Source: Setoptus koraiensis
Taxonomy: Eukaryota > Animalia > Arthropoda
Direction of reading: 5' to 3'
Assembly (NCBI GenBank): GCA_048013815.1
Contig: CM106585.1
Span: 20,026,001-20,090,000, forward strand
DNA: 64,000 bases
The translations under genes and the position numbers were made by a program. A model generated the notes under the pieces. That model worked only from the letters and a program-made list of their open reading frames with translations, did not search any database and was not told the DNA's origin. Of this stretch, positions 1 to 9,500 are shown piece by piece (within the stretch, counting starts at the first letter, position 1; each line of letters begins with the position of its first letter).

Positions 1-1012
1 CGTTGAGAACTAACGGTGGCCTGTTTGCTTCTGGGCTGCCATATGACGATGCTAGAATCATTTTTCCTGTTGCTGCAAATTGAACTTTGGATACATTAAC
101 TGGCCTATTGTCACCATTGGCAAACAACAACAGACCATCCTCGTGCACAATACCTTGCCTCGACATACCCTCGACATCTACCAATCTAACAGCTTCTGGT
201 AGTCCGTTTTCAACACGATAAACGGAAGAACCAAAAAGACGAACCTTCTCCGGCTGTCCACCTGGTAGTGATAGGTTGATCCACGCTCCGGGAACTTTGT
301 CCATACCTCTGATGAAATTGTGCACTACTTGAGCAGAGGAATTATCAAATTTCAGCTGACATAACTCATCCTTGTTTCTGAGAATGCCCTCGTACGTGGC
401 AAGAGCCTCTGATTGAGGTATACGCGGTGCTTGGTTTGTGTTGATCAAGCCAACAGCTTCCACAAGTCCATCAATACCGGCTGGATATAGAAATCTAGTA
501 TATAGAGTTTCAACCGTATCGTTGACCTCGATGTAGCACGATTTCTTGAGCAAAATCGGTCCTGTGTCAAGTCCATCGTCCGTCCAGAAGATTGTAAATC
601 CAGCCTCCTCGTCACCCATGATAAGAGTCCAGTTAATAGAGGCACCACCACGATGTCTTGGCAACAGAGACGGGTGATAGTTGATTGATTTGAATTCTGG
701 AGCTTCAATCACTTCAGTTGGAATGAATTGATTGCAATAGGGCAAAACGTTCAAATTGGCTCCGACGGATTTGTATTGCTCGACAACTTCGGGTATTGCC
801 TGTTTCTTTAGTTGCCATCTCTTGAATTTGAACACTTTCAGATTGAATTCCTTGGCTGTTGTTGCCAATATATCCTCGCGACCTGTTCTTTCATCATCCG
901 GAATGGTAAACACACCGGCTATTGTATAACCTTCATTGATGAGCTTTCGCAGAAATTCTGCCGAAAACGCCGACTGGCCTATTACGGCTATACGTAGTGA
1001 GCTAGTGACCAT
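1..1012 (-). CDS. ALDH1L1: 10-formyltetrahydrofolate dehydrogenase (ALDH1L1/ALDH1L2-type), N-terminal formyltransferase/hydrolase domain; 3' end runs off the left edge
   Basis: Manual minus-strand translation from ATG at 1012: MVTSSLRIAVIGQSAFSAEFLRKLINEGYTIAGVFTIPDD...LNVLPYCNQFIPTEVIEAPEFKSINYHPSLLPRHRGGASINWTLIMGD...FWTDDGLDTGPILL...LYTRFLYPAGIDG...RGMDKVPGAW. It matches the ALDH1L N-terminus, including HPSLLP and DDGLDTG, and is open to position 2. A tttcag acceptor just upstream (near 1035) hints at an extra 5' exon, which I could not resolve. Confidence 0.95.
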   Translation of the reverse strand, partial: MVTSSLRIAVIGQSAFSAEFLRKLINEGYTIAGVFTIPDDERTGREDILATTAKEFNLKVFKFKRWQLKKQAIPEVVEQYKSVGANLNVLPYCNQFIPTEVIEAPEFKSINYHPSLLPRHRGGASINWTLIMGDEEAGFTIFWTDDGLDTGPILLKKSCYIEVNDTVETLYTRFLYPAGIDGLVEAVGLINTNQAPRIPQSEALATYEGILRNKDELCQLKFDNSSAQVVHNFIRGMDKVPGAWINLSLPGGQPEKVRLFGSSVYRVENGLPEAVRLVDVEGMSRQGIVHEDGLLLFANGDNRPVNVSKVQFAATGKMILASSYGSPEANRPPLVLN

Positions 1013-1289
1013 TGTTGATGCTCGTAGAACACTGCTGAAATTTAATCAAAATTGTTAAGCTGATGATATTATTTGTTGAAATGACATATAATTTGAAAAA
1101 GAAATAAATTTTGAATCATTCGCTGACCTTGAACTGAGATTCCTGAGTTGTTGACGTAATCACGCTGAATGAAACACTGGAACTTGGAACATCCATGTAG
1201 CGACACGCACATGTTTATATATGTGACTCGAATGTGGTAAGATCATTACGAAGTGTAGGCGTACATGCTAGTTAGCTATGGTAAGTTAG

Positions 1290-1900
1290 ATATTGATCGT
1301 AATCAGATTGCATCCCTCTTCAAGTAGTAACAGACAGACTTGGTTTGCAGACGGCTCACTTTTACTATGTTAGAGTTGCTCAAAGTTGAACGCAGCAAAA
1401 TAATGCTATGGATGGTATCGATATTGTCGAGCTTATTTGCCAGTCCGTATGATTTGTAAATTGGACAAGGTGTCTTTATCGTAATCAGATTGCATCTCGT
1501 TGAGTGGTGGAGGCCGAACTTGAGTGCGGGCGGCACATTTTATTCTATTAATGTTGTGGATGGTGCCAATGTTGTCGAGCTTATTTGCCAGTTTGTATGA
1601 TAGCTTGTGTGGATCGAGCAAGGTGTCTCTGTAGTTATCATGTTGCATCTAGTCAAGTATAGCAGAGGCCGAACTTGATTGGAGGCGTCTAAATCAATCT
1701 GTGCAAGTCAAAACTGCATAATGCTTCAGGATGGTAACCATATTGTCGAGCTTATTTGCCAGTCCTAACAAAGTTGTTGTATAATGGCACTACATAAGAC
1801 GGAGATTGCATAGCTATTATATCAATCTCTTTGTTGTTTATTTTATTTGTTAAGATACTATGATAACTTGGTGTAAATTGTAGATGCTTACACTCAGGAA
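1290..1900. repeat. Degenerate tandem repeat, unit about 150-170 bp, with an invariant 21-nt core TTGTCGAGCTTATTTGCCAGT
   Basis: Core is identical at 1424-1444, 1572-1592 and 1743-1763, and inverted at 6215-6235. Secondary shared motifs are GGCCGAACTTGA, CAAGGTGTCT and TTGCATC. Confidence 0.8.
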
Positions 1901-1949
1901 ATTGCATCAATATCACTAGATAGCCTATCTGACAACATAACAACGTCTA

Positions 1950-2759
1950 TTACACAATAGATAAGTGGTAAAATAAGGTGCCTGCGGACACACGTACAAG
2001 AATAGATTTTTCATCTAGATCGTGTTCCCATTCAATCGAAGACCATTTCTCTGTTTGAAACATTGTTTCCAATCTAGACAACGATACAGCTGGCTCAACA
2101 CGGAGATGTCGTTCAGCTAGACTAGCGGCCAATATAAACGATTTGAGATTTTCTGTCATGAATTTCAATCCAACTAAGGGCCATCTCTTGAGCGTTGCAA
2201 GATGCCTACTGAGATTGTTTCGTGTGATGGCTGGCAGAGGTTCAGGTATGGTGAGACTACCATGTTCAAGAGGGATTGGGCACTTGTAATTTTGTTCGAA
2301 CCAACTAATAACAGGGCTCCATTCTCGGTGTTGCATTTGAGACAATTCCTCGGGTTCGTCCGTACGAAATCTCAACGTATCAAACTGTAAATACTCCAAT
2401 ATAGAATCTATGAGTTCTGATTGTGTCTCATTGAATGGATTATCAATGGCGGTATTGGCGAGTGTGGTGGCGTGCATACATGTCAGGTCTATCTTGTCTT
2501 CAGTTTGGGCCTTCCATTCATTGGCTATAATGTGGGCCAGTGTTTCGTCCGGTACAGCCAACAGATTGCCAAGTGGTGTTTTGACATTTCTATTATTGAA
2601 TTTTATGGTGTAGTGGCGATCATCGTCTGTTTTTCCAATGGATATGTGTCTAGGTTTTTTGAGGACGGCTGCAGCCGTTGTTACAATGGTTCTCGTCGAT
2701 GCTCGCCCTCTTGGCCTCAACAACACGCCTCGTAATAATAATCGTGAGGACAAAGACAT
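1950..2759 (-). CDS. ATPAF2: ATP synthase mitochondrial F1 complex assembly factor 2 (ATP12), copy A, intronless, 269 aa
   Basis: Arg-rich mitochondrial-type leader, then ATP12 motifs VKTPLGNLLAVPDETLAHIIANEW, CMHATTLANTAID, QHREWSPVISWF and LSRLETMFQTEKWSSIEWEHDLD. Confidence 0.93.
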   Translation of the reverse strand: MSLSSRLLLRGVLLRPRGRASTRTIVTTAAAVLKKPRHISIGKTDDDRHYTIKFNNRNVKTPLGNLLAVPDETLAHIIANEWKAQTEDKIDLTCMHATTLANTAIDNPFNETQSELIDSILEYLQFDTLRFRTDEPEELSQMQHREWSPVISWFEQNYKCPIPLEHGSLTIPEPLPAITRNNLSRHLATLKRWPLVGLKFMTENLKSFILAASLAERHLRVEPAVSLSRLETMFQTEKWSSIEWEHDLDEKSILVRVSAGTLFYHLSIV

Positions 2760-3161
2760 GACTAGAGAAGTATAAGTGCTTGCGATGCGATATTTGATCA
2801 GACTCTGGTCTCTGATAGACGTAAATGTGCCAGAGCCTCAGATTCAGAGGATCGCTTCGACTAAAAGAACACATGTAAAAACAATAATTCAATCTGTTAG
2901 TGAGGCGCGCGCAATTCGAACCAAAATAAACGATATTTTCGTTAAACGGTGTCTGGTTACGGTATCGCAGCAATGAGAGAGAAAGACGGAGAAACATTCT
3001 GTGGGTTTTATTTCAGCAAGGCAGTGATGCCTTGAATGACTTTATTTTGGTCATTGTTTATTTGTCATTGTGCGTACATTTAGCTGATAGCTGTTGATAT
3101 AATAGCTGTTGCTGCCAGATGTTGGAGGTGTGAGATGCATCTCGTGAGATCCAGGCTGCAT

Positions 3162-3498
3162 CTAGAGGAAGTAAAAGACAGTCGAGGCTCCGGAGGCGAC
3201 CATGAACCTGTGTGATTACAAGAGTGGGCAAGATTTGGTTAATTAGTTAATTGGTGCTATTCATCGCTAATTGTTGGTTGGTGGTGGGCTCACAGCAAGT
3301 GACTTACCATAAGAGGTTGCTTGCCGTTTCCAAACTGGCTGCACCCGATTTCACCGTAGTACCGGGCATAGATGATGAGTTGGTTGCAGCGGTGACACTA
3401 GCAGCCGGCATAGGAGTAGTGGTATCGGCGGCGGCGACGAAAGTCAGTGCTACCGAGAGCAACAGAGCGACCAAGATGAGCTTGTTGTATTTAGCCAT
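3162..3498 (-). CDS. Secreted Ser/Thr/Pro-rich micro-protein with predicted GPI signal, copy A (78 aa); join(3498..3308,3207..3162)
   Basis: Signal peptide MAKYNKLILVALLLSVALTFVAAA. A 100-bp GTAAGT...CACACAG phase-2 intron restores ...KSGAASLETASNLLW|FMVASGASTVFYFL*, i.e. small residues, a polar spacer and a hydrophobic tail. Contains an N-S-S sequon. Confidence 0.75.
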
Positions 3499-3799
3499 TA
3501 TTTCTGCTATTTTGTGTTGTTAAATTTATTGAATTATATTTATTTTCGATTGGTGTTCGATTGAGGCGATAATGAGTGCGAATTGTCGAGCGATGCGATG
3601 ACGACTGATCGGTTTGGAGTGCCGATCGTCGCCCGGACAGTTGCTGTTGCTGGCTGTTGCCAGCCGTTGCACACACACGAAGTCGCGCGTGCGCTCAATT
3701 GTCGGGCGCCTCAGATTTCGGTCAGTTTAGCAACGCTCTAATTGATACCGTCAATGCGACTTGAGCGACTCAACGCAATGCACATTGCACTCAAAATGC

Positions 3800-4184
3800 T
3801 GAGCGTTGGCGCCTTGATCGGTCGTGACTCGTCGATAGTGCGGCTCAAATCGCGCTCAAATGTCGGCCTTTCCACACACTTCCGGTTGGCAACAGGTCAG
3901 ACGAGTTGCAAGATGCAACAATCACAATAACAATTACACTGACTGCTTGCCCTATAATGCAAACGGCACAGGCGGCGGCGTATTGCAGCGAGCAATCGCA
4001 ACTTTTGTTCCGGTTTGCATACGGGGCAACATGTGCGTTACTAAATGTCACTAGCATGTGACATTTGCAATTGTTAATAATGCGAGCGTGCTCTACAAAA
4101 TGGCGCCCACCATTCGTCTGATCCGTATGCAATTGAGTCGATCCGATCGTTTTTGAGACCTGCGATAGTCGGACGCCAACGCCT
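3800..4184. promoter_or_regulatory. Unique spacer between the divergently oriented arms; probable shared upstream regulatory region
   Basis: Lies between the 5' ends of the two micro-protein genes. Contains a perfect 9-bp inverted repeat AAATGTCAC-tagcat-GTGACATTT (4043-4066) and a CAAAATGGCG YY1/Pho-like motif near 4097. Confidence 0.45.
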
Positions 4185-4499
4185 GCATTTTGAGTGCAAT
4201 GTGCATTGCGTTGAGTCGCTCAAGTCGCATTGACGGTATCAATTAGAGCGTTGCTAAACTGACCGAAATCTGAGGAGCCCGACAATTGAGCGCGCACGCG
4301 CGACTCCGTGTGTGTGCAACGGCTGGCAACAGCCAGCAACAGCAACTGTCCGGGCGACGATCGGCACTCAAGGCCAAACCTATCAGTCGTCATTACATCG
4401 CTCGACAGTTCACACTCATCATCTCTTCAATCGAAAATAAATATCTCCAAATTAATCAACCAAAATTATCAAACTACAACACAAAGTTAAACGGAAATA

Positions 4500-4833
4500 A
4501 TGGCTAGATACAACAAGCTCATCTTGGTCGCACTGTTGCTCGCGGTGGCACTGACTCTCGTCGCTGCCGATACCACTACTCCTATACCGGCTGGTACGTC
4601 TTCAGGAACTCCTGGTACTGCCACACCATCGACACCCAAGCCGAAATCGGGTGCAGCCAGTTTGGAAACGGCAAGCAACCTCTTATGGTAAGTCACGTGC
4701 TGTGAGCCCACCACCAACCAACAATTAGCGATGAATAGCACCAATTAACTAATTAACCAAATCTTGCCCACTCTTGTAATCACACAGGTTCATGGTCGCC
4801 TCCGGAGCCTCGACTGTCTTTTACTTCCTCTAG
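4500..4833 (+). CDS. Secreted Ser/Thr/Pro-rich micro-protein with predicted GPI signal, copy B (77 aa); join(4500..4687,4788..4833)
   Basis: MARYNKLILVALLLAVALTLVAADTTTPIPAGTSSGTPGTATPSTPKPKSGAASLETASNLLW|FMVASGASTVFYFL*. Intron 4688-4787 (GTAAGT...CACACAG), AATAAA near 4949 and 4984. Confidence 0.75.
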
Positions 4834-5229
4834 ATGCAGCCTGGATTTCCCGAGATGGATCTCACACCGCCAACATCTGGCAGCAACAGCTATTATATCA
4901 ACAGCTATCAGCTAAATGTACGCACAATGTCATACAAACAATGAACAAAATAAAGCCAATTCAAGGCATCACTGCCTTGCTGAAATAAAACCCACAGAAT
5001 GTTTCTCCGTCTTTCTCTCTTTTTGCTGCGACACCGTAACCAGTCACCGTTTAACGAAAATATCGTTAATTTTGGTTCGAACTGCGCGCTCCTCACTAAC
5101 AGATCGAATTATTGTTTTTACATGTGTTCTTTTAGACACTGCGGTCCTCTGAATCAGAACCTCTCACACATTTACATCTATCAGAGACCAGAGTCTGATC
5201 AATTATTGCATCGCAGTACTTCTCTAGTC

Positions 5230-6039
5230 ATGTCTTTGTCCTCACGATTATTATTACGAGGCGTGTTGTTGAGGCCAAGAGGGCGAGCATCGACGAGAAC
5301 CATTGTAACAACGGCAGCAGCCGTCCTCAAAAAACCTAGACACATATCCATTGGAAAAACAGACGATGATCGCCACTACACCATAAAATTCAATAATAGA
5401 AATGTCAAAACACCACTTGGCAATCTGTTGGCTGTACCGGACGAGACACTGGCCCACATTATAGCCAATGAATGGAAGGCCCAAACTGAAGACAAGATAG
5501 ACCTGACATGTATGCACACCACCACACTCGCCAATACCGCCATTGATAATCCATTCAATGAGACACAATCAGAACTCATAGATTCTATATTGGAGTATTT
5601 ACAGTTTGATACGTTGAGATTTCGTACGGACGAACCCGAGGAATTGTCTCAAATGCAACACCGAGAATGGAGCCCTGTTATTAGTTGGTTCGAACAAAAT
5701 TACAAGTGCCCAATCCCTCTTGAACATGGTAGTCTCACCATACCTGAACCTCTGCCAGCCATCACACGAAACAATCTCAGTAGGCATCTTGCAACGCTCA
5801 AGAGATGGCCCTTAGTTGGATTGAAATTCATGACAGAAAATCTCAAATCGTTTATATTGGCCGCTAGTCTAGCTGAACGACATCTCCGTGTTGAGCCAGC
5901 TGTATCGTTGTCTAGATTAGAAACATTGTTTCAAACAGAGAAATGGTCTTCGATTGAATGGGAACACGATCTAGATGAAAAATCTATTCTTGTACGTGTG
6001 TCCGCAGGCACCTTATTTTACCACTTATCTATTGTGTAA
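5230..6039 (+). CDS. ATPAF2: ATP synthase mitochondrial F1 complex assembly factor 2 (ATP12), copy B, intronless, 269 aa
   Basis: Same protein as copy A except two residues (HATT/HTTT and ETMF/ETLF). The ATG at 5230 corresponds to copy A's start. Confidence 0.93.
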   Translation: MSLSSRLLLRGVLLRPRGRASTRTIVTTAAAVLKKPRHISIGKTDDDRHYTIKFNNRNVKTPLGNLLAVPDETLAHIIANEWKAQTEDKIDLTCMHTTTLANTAIDNPFNETQSELIDSILEYLQFDTLRFRTDEPEELSQMQHREWSPVISWFEQNYKCPIPLEHGSLTIPEPLPAITRNNLSRHLATLKRWPLVGLKFMTENLKSFILAASLAERHLRVEPAVSLSRLETLFQTEKWSSIEWEHDLDEKSILVRVSAGTLFYHLSIV

Positions 6040-6299
6040 TAGACGTTGTTATGTTGTCAGATAGGCTATCTAGTGATATTGATGCAATTTCCTGAGTGTA
6101 AGCATCTACGATTTATACCAAGATATCATAATATTTCATCACATAAATTAAACAACAGATAGCCATGCATTCTTCGTCTCACTCGTAGTGCCGTCATACA
6201 ATAACATCATTTGGACTGGCAAATAAGCTCGACAATATGGTTACCATCCCAAAGCCATATGTTGTTTTGGCTTCCACAGACTAATTGTGACGCCTCCGA

Positions 6300-6546
6300 T
6301 CATGTCTGGCTGCTGCTAGATGAAGGAAGCCATTTCAGTCATATGCCAGTGTCGGAAAATTGGCTGCATCTGGTCTGGATTCTGTAAGCAGCTTTGCATG
6401 GTGTGCAACCTGTTGCTTTTCGAAGAGCCCGGCACTAATTAACAATTAACGCTAATCAACCAACCTTAAAATCACTACTCTCTACGCTTTCCCCCAAGTT
6501 CATAATCGCCTCCGGATGCTCGAGTGGCTGGCCACTTGATGTGTGA
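6300..6546 (+). pseudogene. Decayed third paralog of the GPI-type micro-protein gene
   Basis: 6357-6402 matches the end of exon 1 at 31/46 nt without gaps (KLAASGLDSVSSFAW vs KSGAASLETASNLLW). A 97-bp intron-like segment has its acceptor AG mutated to AA (6496-6497), followed by exon-2-like FIIASGCSS. There is an in-frame TGA upstream and no signal peptide. Downstream similarity (CAAGGCATCA, GCTGAAATAAAA) extends to about 6710. Confidence 0.65.
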
Positions 6547-9500
6547 ACGCTTCATTCTGGGTCTCGCTAGATGAAATCTGGCATCTCTCACAGTTGGCAA
6601 CACTAGGCCACTACGGCCAGCCTGGCCTGGCGCTAATTTATTTTGTATGCACATTAAACAATAAACTCAATCAAGGCATCAACACCTTGTTATGCTGAAA
6701 TAAAATCCACTTGTCGTGCACCACAACGTTTTTGTTTCTTTTCAGCTTTCTAGCTGGCTGTGATACGGCTGCGTTGTTGTTTACAGTTTGCAGTGTCTAG
6801 CAACACAGACACTGGTCAGTGTTCGGACAAGTGCTAATTTGGCAAAAGGATTGTTGATCTAGAATCACGATCACGCATTAACACGGACACCATTGCGCAA
6901 TTCAACAGCAGCAGCGGCAGCAGCAGCAGCTCGTCAGGTGAGTTTATTGAGTCGTTGATTGGATAATTCCGTGACAGGTTGTGTTTTTTGGCCGTTTGTG
7001 AATGTGCACCGGTAATCACGCCACGGCAATACTGTCCACACACGCTCTGTCCACTTGCATCTATGCATAGATGGATATCCATATATATATATATATATAA
7101 ATATACATCATCATGTATGTATTTGCATGTTTGTGCCGCATCACTTCCACCAGTAATGGCCGGCCGGCCGGCGGGGCAATCTCCACCGATTCGGGCAACC
7201 TCCGCCGATTTGACAGAGAGCCGGCCAAAACCAGAAGCAACAATCTCCGGCGTTCACTCTCATGCGGCCAACTCTCTATTCTAGTCGCACAAGTATGGTT
7301 TTGCACAAGATATTATTAGATAACAACAACGGCGACTGACCACTGCCACGGAGGACAAAAAGGCCAATCGGCCGGACACACACATGGATCATATCTGGGC
7401 TTCATTCACCTGTTGGCCCTCAGCCGCAGCCGCAGCCGCAGCAATTGGCCGGAGAGTTCATGCAAATTTAATCAAAACAGCCCAGCCGGCAGCAGCTGTT
7501 AAGGCCGACAAGTGGAGTGGACAGGAGAATGGACAGGCCGCATGTTGGCGCATTTAGTAGGTTATTCGTGATGCCACAAGTGCATTTGTTTGCCAGCCGA
7601 GACGACACACAATTCGTGCCTGTCATCAACTGGCTGTTGGCCGGCTTTTGTGGCAACAAGTGCACTGTTATGGGATTGTTTATTATTGTTTATTGGACGG
7701 TGGTGGCCGCGTTGTCACTAGCGCCGTGGGCCAGCCAGCCAGCCAGCCAACCACTTGGTCGATGGCTCGCCGGTCCAGATCCAATCTCGCCTATGGTGGC
7801 GAGATTGGCTCGTTGGTGCAAGCGGCCGCTTGTCGCTGTCGTACAAGGCGGTCGGACAAGCGGCCATTATAGATTGGCCAACACGATGACGCAATCTGAC
7901 GCAGGCGAAGGCGAAATGCAAAGTCGAGCTTCCAATTTCCAGTCGATCGACGGGCCGTTCGAGCCGTTCGAGCTGTTCGAGCCGTTCGAGCGGGCGGCGT
8001 TCGAATTCGAAGTGGCCGGCGTTCGAATTCGGAGTGGCCAAAGTGGCCAAAGTGGCCAAAGTGGCCGGAGCGGCCGCAGTGGCCAAAGTGGCCGCAGAAT
8101 TCGAAATGAAATGGCTCTGAATAGCCCACGCCGGCAGCGCCTGAGCCGGCCAAGTGGCGGCCAGCGAGCACTAAATCCAATTGCGAATCTAAATGTGAAT
8201 CAATCGCGCCATAGATCAATAGAAATTGGCTATTAGGTTATTATTAAATATAGCGAGTTATAAGCAGTGATAAGAGTTTAGACTTTCTAGACAAAAGAAC
8301 GGCAACAGCCGCCGGCCGGCCGGCCAGAAAACTAGATCTTGCGCCGCAGCGGCTCGGTTTGCATTGGCCGGCGTCTCGGGCTCGGTTTGCATTGGCCGGC
8401 CGAGCGTGGCCGCATGCGAGGGACATGCCAGCGACAGACAGGCCAGATATACGAGAGATATCGCGGCCGGCGCGGCCAGCATCACTAAACAAATATCGCC
8501 ACCACCTGTAATTATTGTTTGTTTATCTATGGTGGCGAGCGGCGTGGCCGGCCACGGTTGCGGCTTGCGGCCGCGGCCAGTTTGCCATTTGGCGCTGTCA
8601 GTTTGAATCGGCGCGATCGCCTGTTATTGTTCGGTATTGTTGTTACTGTTGCACTCAACTGGCCGCTTGTCGTTGCGTCATCGTCCTTCATTGTTGTTGC
8701 TGTTGCTGTTGCGGTTGTTGCCGCTGTTGTTGTTGCCGTTGCTGTTGATGCGGTTGTTGCTGGTGGTGGCTGCCTTATGGGGGCTGCCTTATGCGCTGGC
8801 GAGACAGATAGAAGAATGGCGAGAATAAGCAGTTGCCAATAACATCAATTATCGGTAACAGCAACGATGAAGACGCACAACCAGCGACACTGCCCGCTCC
8901 CGTCTCGTCTCGCTACACAATCGCTGTACATGCTGCCCGGCCAGTGATATATAATATATTATATAATACACATAAGTGTGTTTGTGGAAGCCTCCACAAA
9001 TACAATGCGCTCGGCCCGGCGCAAGCATTTATTATTATCGCGGCCATTATTGCTGGCGATGTTACCATTGCTGGCATAAATTAGACAACGGCAGCAATAA
9101 TCAATATTTTCTGCACTTGTTCGCCACCGACCGTCGCCACCTCGCCACCTGGCGGGCGCCGCAGCCCGCCGCGGCCCGATTCTGGCGGCGGGCGGCGGGC
9201 AACGGGCGACGGGCAACGGGCGACGGGCGACGAGTGACGGGCGACGAACCAGAGCGCCAGTGGGCAGGGGCGAATGGAGAGCAGGGCGAAAGAGCTCGCG
9301 GAGAGCGAGTCGCAACGAGACGCGCGCTCGCCAACTGACCGCTCGGCCGTCGCGGCTTCTCATTGACGGGTCGCTCGGCCGGCGGCAGTCGCTCGTCGGC
9401 CGTCGCGGCTTCTCGTTCGCGGGTCTCTCGCCAGGCTACTCATTGGCGCGTCTCGCGTCTGGCGGATTCTTCGGGCGGCTTCTTCGAGCGGCCGAAGAAG

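Larger units (their letters stand above)
1680..6300. repeat. Head-to-head inverted duplication: arms about 1680-3799 and 4185-6300, unique spacer about 3800-4184
   Basis: 3617-3799 is the near-perfect reverse complement of 4185-4369. Both arms carry the micro-protein gene and ATPAF2 in mirror order, and similarity decays beyond about 1860/6130. Confidence 0.95.

Noticed and set aside
1647-1655. TGACTAGAT (miR-279-family seed) on the minus strand
   Set aside because: No complementary arm nearby to form a pre-miRNA hairpin, and the rest does not match.
1424-1763. CRISPR-like look of an invariant short repeat with variable spacers
   Set aside because: Eukaryotic context, no cas genes, only three units, and the 125-150 bp spacers are homologous to one another.
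4999-5229. 77-aa N-terminal extension of ATPAF2 copy B in the ORF track
   Set aside because: The equivalent region is out of frame in copy A, and the ATG at 5230 gives the typical mitochondrial leader.
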